A stretch of DNA of 63,484 bases, counting the filler, from Neolecta irregularis DAH-3 (lineage: Eukaryota): assembly GCA_001929475.1 (NCBI GenBank). It is 5 parts of 5 records of this genome, joined end to end, with 100 filler letters (N's around TTAATTAATTAA, not from the genome) between each part and the next. Parts side by side here need not be neighbours in the genome. Positions count along the whole stretch, not along the records: positions 19,813 to 43,589 come from LXFE01003917.1; positions 43,690 to 58,937 come from LXFE01003920.1; 3 more parts are not named here. One strand, 5' to 3'. The translations under genes were made by a program, and so were the position numbers. Below are positions 42,096-54,402 of the stretch, piece by piece. The notes beneath the pieces are model-generated. The model did no database searches and was not told where the DNA came from. It was given only the letters and a program-made list of their open reading frames with translations. Numbering within the stretch: the stretch's first letter is position 1; the number at the start of each line of letters is the position of its first letter.

Positions 42096-42840
42096 ATGAA
42101 ACTACGAACTCTGGAGACTGCGTTGCAGCATGTGAAACCTTTTGGTAAGTCTTTGTATCCCTAGTCACATCTGTAATTTCCGAGAACAACCAAAAATCGA
42201 ATTAGAGCAATATCCAACTTCTGCCCATCTGGCATCCCGGATGCTGTTCACGGCACACTCATCGTTTGACGATATAAAAGGAAAAATTGTGGCCGATTTG
42301 GGTTGCGGGTCTTGCATGCTCGGGCACCTTTCTCATTGCGACACCACTGATTACAATTAGAATTGCGGCAAGTTTCCTGGAGGCAGGCCATGTCATTGGA
42401 TTTGACATTGATTCCTCGGCACTGGATATCGCAAGGGAGAATATAGCAGAAGCGGAATGCGAGAATGTCGATCTTGTTCTTGCAGATCTTGCGGATTTCG
42501 AAAATGTACCCGCGAGACTATGTAGAATTGCAGATACCGTCGTTATGAATCCTCCGTTTGGAACACGGTTAAAAGGGATTGATATGCTATTCCTCAAGAT
42601 TGCTTGTCAAATGTCTCGGCGGGCAGTATACTCTTTACATAAAACGAGTACGCGAGAGTATGTTGTTGGAAAAGTAAAGGGCTGGGGCTGGGATGTTGAA
42701 GTGATTGCTGAAATGAAGGTATCCATCAACATGATACTTTGTTGATGGTCTAGTTTGACATCAAGGCAATGTACAAATTTCATAAGAAGAAGAGTATGGA
42801 TATTGGGGTTGATCTAATTCGATTGAGTCATGGGATGTGA
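42096..42840 (+). CDS. METTL5: METTL5-family rRNA N6-adenosine methyltransferase
   Basis: PKIELEQYPTSAHLASRML, ADLGCG, NPPFGT, AVYSLHKTSTRE, YKFHKKKSMDI.VD. Confidence 0.92.
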
Positions 42841-42895
42841 TTGAGTCATGGGATGCGGTTGACTGTTTGACTATGTCGAAGACATTGGCGCTGCT

Positions 42896-43348
42896 CTAGT
42901 CCGCGAGAGTTGAGGAAAGAGCAACTGTGGTATCAGACAATTTTATAAGGGGGAGCACCGTCAAATACGATGTTGCCAAAAACGTGAGCGATAAACTGAA
43001 ACCAGTCAAACCCATTCCGGGAGATTTATACAATAAAGTGAAATAGGGCGAGTTTCGGGATGCTCTCGATGAGGTTCCTTGAAAGATCCCAGACAGAGCT
43101 AAAACCACGGCTCCCCATGCCAACCATCTCGAATCCAATCAGTTCCAGATCCAGAGTTCAGAGATACCTGTTCCGTAGCATGAATCCTGCGATTGGAAGA
43201 AGCGTTGAAATAAAGGCGACCAGCTCAGGTGCATAGCCTGCATTCAGCAAATCAACGCGTAAATCCACCCACTTTCATATCTCTCGCCTATCCCTTGCGC
43301 TTTGTATGGGACTGTTAGATCAGGCCGACGAGGATCGCTATTTGTCAT
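42896..43348 (-). CDS. Asterix / PAT10 (WDR83OS, UPF0139)-like small membrane protein; boundaries approximate
   Basis: N-terminal SDPRRPDL..PY, then GFMLRNRWLAWGAV and three hydrophobic segments. Confidence 0.65.
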
Positions 43349-43414
43349 TTTGTGGAGGTTTATATCGGGATGTGTTTCCAGTCACCCCGACATCGGGAAC
43401 TTGGGATATTCAAG

Positions 43415-43510
43415 ATATATGACCGTTACATGTACAAGATATATGATCCGTACAATGTACAACATATATGATCCGTTACAGTGTATCAAAAGAGAACGTT
43501 ACAATGTATC
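43415..43510. repeat. Degenerate ~25-bp tandem repeat (ATATATGATCCGTTACARTGTACAA, about 3.5 copies)
   Basis: Read directly from the sequence. Confidence 0.75.
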
Positions 43511-43689
43511 GACAGATATTATAAAAGTCATCCCGTATTAACACCATACCAGGCCACCCAAAGTATACAAACAAAAATCATCCTAACTANNNNNNNNNNN
43601 NNNNNNNNNNNNNNNNNNNNNNNNNNNNNNNNNTTAATTAATTAANNNNNNNNNNNNNNNNNNNNNNNNNNNNNNNNNNNNNNNNNNNN

Positions 43690-44303
43690 GCATCTTTTGC
43701 AGCCTCAACTCCTGGTACAGAATCCTCAAATACCTATAAAGTCAACATTCTGCTGTGGAATACCGCACCAAGCATTCATTGGGTCTAACATCTTCAAGTC
43801 CAAGCATCTCTAGCGCTAGTAGGAAGATATCTCCCTTTGGTTTCCCGCGCCGTCCTTTCATGAGGTCGCAATCTCCCGTCACAATTGCATCAAACTTGCT
43901 CGTCAAGATTTCAAGATGATTGAGTTTCAATCTATAATTCGCCGTAGTCGATGAAGTCGCAATCTAAACCGTCACATGTTGTGCCGAAGCAAGAAAATTT
44001 TTTACCGCAATCGGTATCTTCTTTTCAGATAAATGGATGATTAATTGTAGAACCCCGGGAAGTATTTGGATTTTCGGCCACATGGGAGTCTGACTATCAA
44101 GTTTGTCTTGCTGGTGCAGTTACCTGAATTGTTGATTGCTCGGCAAAGTATTCAGCTGGGGTGAGAGGCAACTCGGCCCAATCGATCAAGACCTGGGCGG
44201 CTGCTGGTCCCAGTCGTCCTTAATCTCAAATCCCGACACACAATAGAACATACCCATCATTTGAAGTTTCACCGACATTGGAAGATCGGGCTTTCCATAT
44301 CTA
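43690..44303 (-). CDS. HAD-superfamily phosphatase (GS1/HDHD1-like), middle portion
   Basis: LPGVLQLI..L..KKIPIAIATSS, FDAIVTGD, GKPKGDIFL, CLVFEDSVPGVEAA; overlaps the piece at 58767-58937. Confidence 0.85.
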
Positions 44304-44313
44304 NNNNNNNNNN

Positions 44314-45234
44314 GGAAGGGATTATGATGCTACCTTCGCAAATTACTTTGAATAAGAAATCCAACCGTTCTTCGCCTCGCTATACAGTTTTAGATTAAAT
44401 GGGGGCATCACGCACCTTTCTCCATTCAGGATAACCGAGACCAAGCAAAATGGCTCCGACCATCTTTCCATTGTGGTCGATTGGCCGACCATTGACCACG
44501 CTATGCACTGCTTTGGATCCGACCTCTTCGTTATTGGTTATGAGTACATCCACATCTTTTACTATTGATGTTAGTGGGCAACAATTCCTTATTATTGGAA
44601 AGGGTACAGTGAGCACCGGTCGAAAGAATTTGCTCCAACGGTAGACGCACTTCTTCGTTAGTCTGGGGATTACGAGCCGTCCAGCGTTTGTAGACCCACT
44701 CAGTATTTTGAGCACCGGGGGGAGGCAACATGTTGCCAAAGCAATCGCCTGCTTGACGGTTGTACAACGCGTGGCGACCATCCGCGGTTACCGCAAATAC
44801 GGCAGAACCAATGTGTTCCAACACGGCCTAAACGAATTATTAAATGCACGGACTCCATGTAACACCTCTAAGAATTCAAATTTTGTCAAGGTCTCTTGCG
44901 CCACTACGGAATGGTTATCCTCCATGACCACATTGAATCCCGAAGTCCATTCCGAGGTCCATTTAGAAAAAGTGGCCTTGACCTCTGCGTTCCAAAGGTT
45001 CAGAGAGAGAGTGCATGAAGATGTGGCGTTCAATCCATCAAGAATGTGCGACAAGTTGATCGGTGCGCAAATGTAGCTCTGTAGATGAACGCCGATATGG
45101 TTCTCTCCTAAGTGGAGACGGTCTTCCGCGAGACAGGAAGAGTGCCGGATGGTCAACTGTTCGTCGAGGATCAGGGCGATGAATGGAAGATTTCGAAAAC
45201 CGTGTAGCAGGTATGGACTCTCAGAGTATTCCAT
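44314..45234 (-). CDS. PAS-domain protein, probably the N-terminus of a hybrid histidine kinase (cut by gap)
   Basis: Spliced PAS-like segments AVLEHIGSAVFAVTADGRHALYNRQA, VNGRPIDHNGKMVGAIL, then FKVICE. No kinase domain is visible before the gap. Confidence 0.55.
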
Positions 45235-45886
45235 AGAAGCGAATAATGCAGAGACAGGAAGCCAGAGCGTTGGCTATCTAAGAAAGGTTCAAGCTGAGCG
45301 CTAAAGATAAAGAGGCTAGTCATATTATCAGGTCTATGGATCTTGTTCGACGAATAGACTGTACTGGCGGCGTTAGGGATGATTTACCATTGAACCTCCA
45401 ATTTCCCTCGATGCCGATCGGGGAGACCAATGTGCCTTCCAGCCCTTGTGTTTGTTGTGAGCAGGGATTTGTAAAGGCCCAGTTTGTAGGGCACATTCGT
45501 GGAGAGTGCCGACTAGCGATAGTGTGTAGTTGCAGAGCATTCGAGAGTTCTAGCATGATTGGGATAAACCGAAATACAAGAGGCCTGGACTCTGTGTCGG
45601 GGTGGGCCGGGCATTGACCGCCGAGTCTTGCATACAGGCAACTACAGGCTGCTTATAACAGCCTCGTCCGTTGCAAAGACAGCAACATCCTCCAAAATAT
45701 TGTGTGCCGCTCCAGTGCCACAAACACCAAAACACCAGACACGTGGCTGCCATGGCACAAAACAGGCAATCGTCGTTGTTGGGCGATCGAGATGAAAACC
45801 CGCTGCCAATCGGCCGATCATCACATGCGGCGCCGGTGTCTCGCTCCGGCTCTGCTCCACCATCAACAACACCCTGCGATCTGCCC

Positions 45887-47717
45887 ATGCCGTCCGCCGT
45901 GATTATTGGCGCCGGTGTTGGCGGTCTTGCGCTGGCTGCCCGTTTGCAGGCTGCAGGCGTCGATGTTACTGTCGTCGAGAAAAACGAGAGCAGCGGCGGC
46001 CGATGTTCGCTTTTGCGGCGAAACGGCTGGCGCTTTGACCGCGGACCCAGCTTCTACCTGATGCCCGAAGTGTTTGCCCAAACCTTTGCGGAGCTGGGCG
46101 AGCGGGTCGATGCGTGGTACCGGCTGCAGAAATGCCCGAATTCCTACAAGGCGCTTCCCCGCGGCCCTTTTACGCACCGCTGACCGGCACAGGTCCATTT
46201 CCAGGACCAGACCGCGAGTGTTCCCGCCGCCGGATGTGCTGATGCGCCCAGACCTTTCAGCTGTCCACAGATTTGACGAGAATGGCCGCCGAGCTCCAGG
46301 TCTTTGAAGGATCAGCAGGAATTCACCGCTACCTGGATTTTCTGCGCGAGGCATTTCCTTCATCTCGTCCGGCGCGGCCCCGCTGATCCCGCAGGCCCAT
46401 TCGCACTACCGTCTCTCTGTCGATTTTGTCCTGACTCGTTCGTTTCCCAGCTTTTGGTCCATGCTCAGGCCATCCTACCTGCTCCTCCTCTTCAAACTCC
46501 ATCTGTTCGACACTGTATACAACCGTGCTGCGCGCTATTTCAGCTCCCACAAGATGAGAATGGCGCATACTTTTCAAACCATGTATCTTGGTATGTCGCC
46601 CTTCGAGGCCCCGGCCACCTATAATCTTCTCCAGTACGCAGAGCTGGTACAAGGTACTCGCTGCTCCTAGCCTGCGCTGAACAATACAAAGGAATCTACT
46701 ATCCCATCGGCGGATTCCACAAAATCCCTGAATCTTTCGAGGCAATCGCAAAGAAACACGGTGCTAAAGTTGTCTACGAAGCTCCCGTGGCAAGAATCCT
46801 CCTCTCAGGTAACAGGGCCACCGGAGTTCGCCTCGAATCCGGGGAAGAGATTTACGCTGATATCACAATTTGCAACGCCGACGCAGTATGGGCGTACAAT
46901 CACCTTTTACCGCCGACCACCTTTGCGAAAAACCTTGAAAAGAAAAATCTTACATCGAGCTCTATTTCTTTCTATTGGTGTGTCGATAGGGTCATCGAAG
47001 AGTTGGATGTTCATAATATCTTCCTCGCTGATAGGTGCGTCTTTCAAGTATCTCAGACCAACATTATAGATACCGTGAATCATTTGACGAAATATTCAAG
47101 AACCACGATCTTCCAAGAGATTTATCCTTTTATGTAAATGTCCCCTCCCGAATTGATCCCAGCGCCGCCCCCAAAGGAAAGGATGCGATTGTGGTTCTTG
47201 TTCCAGTGGGCTACATCACCGACCAAGATTGGGACTGCCTTGTCGCTCGAGCGAGGAAGGCGGTCCTCATTCGACTTGCCATCCATCTCGGCTATGACAT
47301 TGAGCGTTTCATTGTCGAAGAAGATGTCTCGGATCCTAGAAGATGGAGGGCTGATTTCAATCTGCATGCTGGAAGTATCCTTGGTCTCTCTCACGAAATT
47401 TCACAGGTCTTGTTCTTCCGACCAAACACCAAATCCCGTCAATTTCAGGACTTGTATTTCGTAGGCGCAAGTGTACAGCCTGGAACAGGTGTCCCTATCG
47501 GTACCCCCACCCCTCGGACTTCAATCTGACAGCGACAGTCATCAGTGGAGCAAAGATTGTTAGCGAGGAGATTCTCCGGAATCTGAAAATGCATATTCCC
47601 TGGAAAAAGCAAGAAGAGCAGTCAATGAATTTCGCAACTATTTTTGCGATTATTGCTGCTTTGTGGAGCTGGGCTCTAAATTTGTTCACACGCAAACCAA
47701 AAGCGAAAAAGCTTTGA
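45887..47717 (+). CDS. crtI: Phytoene desaturase (CrtI / al-1 / carB type)
   Basis: AVIIGAGVGG..AARL, VVEKN..GGRCS, RFDRGPSFYLMP, FQTMYLGMSPFEAPATYNLLQY, SFYVNVPSRIDPSAAP, YFVGASVQPGTGVPI. Confidence 0.95.
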
Positions 47718-48201
47718 GATTACTATATCTAGATATACACGTGGTTTAATAGTTATAGAAGCATTTATTCATTTCGGTTGCTTCCGCTTTCTTTGTCACT
47801 CAAATCCACGTCCTACCTTAAAAGACGCTCTTCAGACGGGTGCCATATTCATTCCATGTTTGCTGTATCATTGACATACTGATGTGATTGTAAATGATAA
47901 ACGATACTAACAGTGCCACAAAGTGACAGGCAGTAACCTCTATGCGTGCTCGCAGCATCAAATCCGAGACTTGATATAGTTCAGGGTCATACAAGCTCTC
48001 ATGAGAATCCCCCACCCTGGTAGGGGGGAGTGCTGGATCTCGGCCGTACATGCAGTTAAAAAATAATTATATCTAGCCTTTCTTGGTTAGAAATACAGAT
48101 AGATGTTCTATACGCTGATACACATGTTGCGATCGTGCTTAAACTGAGCAAAATTAAAAATACCTGCTTCCGCTCCTCCTATTCCCAAGATCCCCCCCTT
48201 C

Positions 48202-49197
48202 ATGTCGTTTACAACGGATCTCACTACTGATATTACTATACGAACGATTGGAAAGACATTTCGAGCAAACTCGAGCCTTCTCCGCGTTGCCTCTCCTGTC
48301 TTTGACGCAATGATAAAATTCAACTCGCGAATCAAGTCTTTTGTTTCTGCTGACTCGACACTGACTAATGATCGAAATTCATGGAATTTTGAAAAGACAG
48401 TGAAGGGAATGGATCCCCCTTATGAAATTGATCTTCGAGAAGTTGATGAGAATGCCCTGGCAAATATGCTCAAGATTATACATTATCAGAACGTTGAGAT
48501 ATTGCGACTTGAAGATCTTCAGAGTTTGGTCATTTTAGTTGAACGATATTCGGCCTATAACGTTTTTAAAGATCAGATTCAGTTTCTGATTGATGCGTTC
48601 GTGACTGAACATCCCCAAGTCGTTGATGAATCGCTTGTTTTCCTTTACTGGTCGATGAAAACTGGCCGTCAAGAACATTTCAACAGTTTGATTCAAAATT
48701 GGGTATTCAACCCGACTTTAAGAAGAGATAGCAGTATGCTTTCAATCCTCCCAATTCAATTGAGAAAGGATATCGCATCGGCTTGTTCCTCTGCAAAATC
48801 ATCAATCGCGACTACGTGTCATGAAATCATTCGAGAAGCTGTCTCTAAAGTTCAAGATCAATGCGCAATGTTCGTAACTGGCGAACTATACCATCTGCTT
48901 CGAAAGTATATGATCGGCAAGGATCACCCGGACCTGCCCAAGGAATTCATCGCGCTCGCTAATTGCGAGAATCATTACTCTCACTCGAGATTTTGTGGAG
49001 GCTGTCGAATGGATCGATTTATCGTCAGTGAGGAATTTTTGGATCACACCGAGTCGGACTTTACCGAACGGTCATCCAGTAGTGTAAGTGTAAATTCGGT
49101 TGAGATTACTAGTCTTGTCCGGGAAGTTGTCGCTGCAAAGATTTCTGCGTTCGTGGCTTTGGCTTGTAGTGGATTGAAGCTTGATAAATATATTTGA
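48202..49197 (+). CDS. BTB/POZ domain protein (intronless)
   Basis: DITIRTIGKTFRANSSLLRVASPVFDAM, IDLREVDENALANMLKIIH. Confidence 0.8.
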   Translation: MSFTTDLTTDITIRTIGKTFRANSSLLRVASPVFDAMIKFNSRIKSFVSADSTLTNDRNSWNFEKTVKGMDPPYEIDLREVDENALANMLKIIHYQNVEILRLEDLQSLVILVERYSAYNVFKDQIQFLIDAFVTEHPQVVDESLVFLYWSMKTGRQEHFNSLIQNWVFNPTLRRDSSMLSILPIQLRKDIASACSSAKSSIATTCHEIIREAVSKVQDQCAMFVTGELYHLLRKYMIGKDHPDLPKEFIALANCENHYSHSRFCGGCRMDRFIVSEEFLDHTESDFTERSSSSVSVNSVEITSLVREVVAAKISAFVALACSGLKLDKYI

Positions 49198-49472
49198 AAG
49201 TACCGGAGGTAATGTAATCAACCTGAAATGCGACACTCACGCTCTAGTTTCGACTGTGGATGGGATACCTTATACGACTGAGGTTGAGTCTGAAAAATAG
49301 GCTTGTTCGATAACCATCGTCCAGCTGGACTGTTTTTATCTATTACATATAGACAGCCCAAGATAATTCATTATTTCTTGTTATTAATCAACAATGCTAC
49401 GAACCAAGTGCAAAGATATCCCGCTCATCGTTCAAAGCATCACCGTCAATGCCAATGTCATAATCATCAAGA

Positions 49473-50754
49473 CTACTTTGGCTGATCCACTGGTTGTGTT
49501 GTATGATTAACATCTTCGGTCATAGGTAATGATTCGTATCTCTCCTTCTGCTGATCGGGAAGGCTATACATATAAGTAGCTGCCAATACCAGAAGAGCGC
49601 CGATGAGAAACTGCAAATAGTCAGCACAGATAACAACAATACTAAGCACATTAACTGTGACTTTAAATTCAAAAAGGTAAACGCTTGCAGCAAAAGATAT
49701 GAGGATTGAGATACTCGTTGCAAATCCTTTCATAATATTATCCGCATACGCAACACACAAGGCGACGAGAATTCCCCCAAACGCTTGACAAAAAATGGCA
49801 AACCAGACCGCAGCGTTGTATCCGTAAAAGAATCCCTAATGAGTAAATTTCGTGAGATTACAGAAGCATGTACATTTTCAACTATTTCCCCACCATCTTT
49901 GGCTATCACACCAAGAAGAAGCGCTGGGAACAACGAGTAAAAGGACAATTGAATATTTCTGATCCAGAGACTCGTTTGGCTGCCTTTGAGAACTTTCTCG
50001 AAATATACTCCGGCAATTCCGGATATCGTACAAGCAGTCAACACTGTGACCAGTCCAACGAACTGATCCATATCAGGCTGGTTTGGGGGGAGTAGGTCGG
50101 CTTCATCTTCATCGCCGAGACCAGTTGGATCACCTTGCGATGGAAGAAAGGTTCCAGCTGGGAGTTGACATAATGCCACGCCGAGAGTGAGCACAACCAG
50201 GGATATCCATTTCAATTTTGAGAGTGACCGGTGCAGCATAGTAACGCTGAAGAGCGCAGTTGTTAAAATCTTTAATTGATAGGTTACTTGGAATGTAGCA
50301 GCTGAAAGGTTGCTGACTGCAAGATACTGCAGATTGTTTTGAAGCTTGATTTCGATATCAGAGGAGTTTTCGGAGCAATATACCGTATATAGTGCCGCTG
50401 GAATCATCAATTTCCAGCTGTCTGAGCTAAACGTCTGGTTCCATATTTCTCTTGGTGACTTGCATTCGCGATATGAAACAACTGTAGATAGTAGCAATTT
50501 CAATATTTCGTTCAGGAGAACTGCTGTTGATGCAAAATATCGTTTATTTTCATAACCAGGCATAATTCGACTATAATGCATGATCTGTCGCCTTTTAATA
50601 TTATTCCGGTAAGGAGAATTACAAGCGTCAAGATAGAATTTTGCACCGTCAACTGAATTCATAAGCTTTGTTGATGGGATTTAAAAGCCACCGTGACAAG
50701 CGCGACATATTTCATCTCCAGTCCAAATAGCATAGGAGGTGTTTCAGAACTCAT
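49473..50754 (-). CDS. gms1: UDP-galactose (nucleotide-sugar) transporter, SLC35A type
   Basis: [71 protein letters not shown]. Confidence 0.9.
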
Positions 50755-51922
50755 GTTGCGAAAGGGTGCGAATTCGTTTTATGAGGAGAAAGGCGAGCTC
50801 TGGAGATGGGGGAAGATGTTTGTTGAAGTCGGGCTAAATCCCAGATAAAGAGGAGCGGTATTCCTCTGATCGGATGTTTCCTAACCTGCTTCAGATAGCC
50901 AATCTCTGTTAATTTTTCTTTATACCCCACTCATAGTTGAAGCAAGGGCATTTTCAACCCTTTATAGTAAGATAAGTGTTCTATTTTATGCCAGACCAGC
51001 ATCACGTGATGTTGCAAACTTTTCAACCCTGTTCGTCTGATGATAAGCGATCTCCCGATACGACTATGTTTCTCATCCGGTAAGACACAGACAATGTTAA
51101 ATTGGCCAATCTCTAAATAATGCCCGGGTAAGACATCATGATGCTTTTGGGTCAATGATGTCATTGGTGAAACATCACTCCCTGACAGGCCTTCAGATAG
51201 ATTAGAATGAATGATGAAAGGATCTCGCTATGACGGTCCAACTGAATCAGTTTATGGTGGGCAGGTGCCCTTTCTCACGTTCTTGATGATGCATAACCCC
51301 TTTGTCCTTTACTGACTGCGACCTGAAATCATGTATGTTCTTTATCGATGTTGCTAAGCTTCGAAGTATAGATGAAACAAACGCTCAAATTAAAGTTGCA
51401 CCTGGAAGAAACAGACTCTTTATAATTTTATGGTTATACTCTGAGCCTTGCCCCAACTATGGGAACAGGATATCCATATTTGTCGTCCTCGAATCTCCGC
51501 AATACTCATGGACAGCACGTGGTCTGTAATCCTCTGATCCATTGCCTGATGGTGCAATCCGTCTTGGCCTGGTGGTGTGCCTTGTTTGATCATGTTATCG
51601 ACCTGCATGTTCCAGACTTCGCTCTTTTCGGTTTCTGTAACCATGGGCACGGATAGCCGAGCTTGAAATTAACGCCCGAAACAGAAACGGAAACGGCGCA
51701 ACAGAAATCTGGCGATGGATGACATCACACAACAAAATTGCATTACCGCCAAATCGACGGCCAAAACCGCCTAGAACGAGTTCTTTCATGGTTGCGCATT
51801 TTTGATCGGCATGCCTTACACACTGAGGCGTTGTTATTATATAAAGCACCGCTTCCCACTTTGCTGCACCTTGCTTCATCCAAGTCCTTATCTCGTTCCT
51901 CTTCACACATCGGCTTCACATA

Positions 51923-52966
51923 ATGCACTTCCTTGTCCATATCATCACCAATCTTCTGGCGGTCTCGGCTACTCCTCTTATCAAGCGTCAAGCCATTACA
52001 GACGCTGATGTGCTTCAATTCGCATTGACCTTGGAACATCTCGAAGATTCGTTCTACAAGGGTGGCATCGCAAACTTCACAGCACAGTCCTTCACCAGTG
52101 CAGGATTCTCGTCAGACTTCTACACGCGCCTACAGGAAATTGGTTCTCATGAATCTTCCCACGTTTCATTCCTAACTGCGGGTCTAACAGCTGCTGGGGC
52201 CACACCGGTTGCTGCCTGTACTTATAAATTCCCCTACACTGATGCAAAATCCTTTGTTACCCTTTCCCGGATCCTTGAAGGGTACGCAAACTACTTGAAT
52301 AGACATATGCTCATCTAGTCTAGAGTCGGTGTTTCAGCATATTCTGGAGCGGCTCAATTCATCGCCAACAATGCATATCTGACAGCAGCTGCAACTATTC
52401 TCACCGTTGAATCCCGTCACAACGCGTTTATCTCACAATCGCTCGGATCAGATCCATTCCCTGTGCCGTTCGATACTCCTCTTGATCCAAACCAAGTTTA
52501 TACTCTTGCCGCTGCTTTCATCGTTTCGTGCCCGTCCTCGAATGGCCCCCTTCCATTCTCCGCGTTCCCAACTTTGACCGTCACGGGGACTACCAGTCCA
52601 GGGTCATCTATCGGTCTGAACTACACCGCTAACTCTACTGCCACTACCGTTTTCGCTGCTTTTTACAACGGACTAGCCCCCGTTGTTGCACCGATTTCGA
52701 ACGGCAACGTCACAATCCCATCCTCTATCACTGCAGGCCAAACGTATGTTGTTGTTACAACTAGCTCCAATGCAACTGCCGTCAGTGACGCAAACATAGT
52801 TGCTGGACCCGCCGTGTTCATTGTCAGTAACACTACCGCTTCACCAGTCGCATACTGCTCTGGTAGCACTGCTACTAAAGGAAATACAAGTTTCACTGGT
52901 GATGCTACCAAGCGGAGCGTGGGCTTAATCGGTGCTATCGCTATCATGATGGCTTTGGTTCTGTAA
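51923..52966 (+). CDS. Secreted or GPI-anchored ferritin-like protein (Rds1 family)
   Basis: Signal peptide, DADVLQFALTLEHLE..FY, HESSHV.FL, ILTVESRH, Ser/Thr-rich region, hydrophobic C-terminus. Confidence 0.85.
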
Positions 52967-53530
52967 AATTGAAATTTCTTAGCTTTTAACTCCTTTACTA
53001 TTGATATTAGTATATGGGAATACTGTTTTCTGTTTGTGTTTCTTTTAGTAAGTTACAATTATAATTTAATAAAAAGTTTTCATCCCGTTTGCAACGAGCT
53101 TCTAAGGAATTTGTTCCATTTATGTATGCGTTGATGTATTGAACGTGACAAAAAGACGTTGCAAACTTTGAGAAACAGTTCAGCACATCCCGGGATCGAT
53201 TTTGGAGTGATCTAAAGTACGATTATGTAATTAAGAATGTCTCTGCATAATCTAGTTTGTCTTTACGCTGGTTCCCTGGCATTGTAGTTTTCGAGTCTCT
53301 GAATGCTGTTTATGGATATATATGACGTCATTCCGTACTTCTAAACTAAAAACCCCTCCAAAAAGCAGGGTCTTTTTCGGCAGGCAAAGAATAACATCTG
53401 CAACCTTGCGCACAGTCCTTTCTGATGCTCAACAGCTTCGATCCTTGTAAAGATTGCGATTTAGTATCCAAAACGGGGTTGTTTCAGTAAGTTTGTGCTA
53501 AAACGGAGCCATCCTATAAAATATCTCTAG

Positions 53531-54269
53531 TCAAAATTTGCCTTTCTCAAGCCATGTTTTCATTCTCTTCGCCATATCGTATCCAGAACGAAATACTAAG
53601 AATTAGAGCGGATGAAAGAAGGATTGTACATATCCTTTCGGATTCATCCAGTCCTTTTAAAAATTCTTGACTGTCTGCAATCCCACCTCGTTGATTCTGA
53701 CTATGATCTGTAATCAAACTAGTTCTTTGGCGTAAGGTCTAGTGAATCAGGACCTTTGTATAAGAAAATCGGCGGTACATTTATTATGATATCTATCAAT
53801 CCATCATCTTCAAACCTAGCGTATAAAAATGACACAAGATGGCGTGGCTTACATATTCACGAGTTTCTCTCCAAGCGCATACCAGTAAGGGCTCAATCCT
53901 CTTACATCAAGGGCCTTTGGATCTGCTTTCAAGGCATTTCTGACTCGAGAAGAGTAAGCATCCGGGACATGAATTGTCAAAAACTCGCTAATTTTCAGCA
54001 ATAAAGACCCCTAGAGACGTGCTTGAGATATAACATTTCCGAAAGCCATAGTGGCAACTGAATACGGGTCCCCTTATTAATCTTGAGAGTTAGCTATCGT
54101 AGGACAAATGGATGTACATCGCTATCCGCGTTGCCTTCTATATAGCCGAGCCCGGGAACTTCGAGATCAAAAGTGCAAGGGATTTTCTACATGTTAATTG
54201 GTTGAAGCAAATGTAATGGACTTGATTGTCTGCGAGTATCGCGTCAATATCGTAATATGTATTTAACAT
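53531..54269 (-). CDS. PSF3: GINS complex subunit Psf3 (many tiny exons)
   Basis: Manual splicing gives MLNTYYDIDAILADNQKIPCTF..PGLGYIEG..GTRIQLPLWLSEML...RVRNALKADP..LDVR..SPYWY...FLKGLDESER. Not in the ORF track. Confidence 0.9.
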
Positions 54270-54402
54270 GATGGATTAAACACGTGAGAACGAGAAAACA
54301 CGTGGTGGTAACGTACAAACTTGCTAACCATAATGAAATATCCCTTTTCCGCCAATCAATCCTTGGATAATAAAGAGAGCAGGAATGGAAAAAATACATA
54401 TA

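Noticed and set aside
43415-43510. CRISPR-like array
   Set aside because: Simple degenerate tandem repeat without spacers, in a eukaryotic context with no cas genes.
45887-47717. crtI as a recent bacterial horizontal transfer because of high GC
   Set aside because: It has several spliceosomal introns, fungal al-1/carB motifs and a hydrophobic C-terminal tail; GC falls to background in the 3' half.
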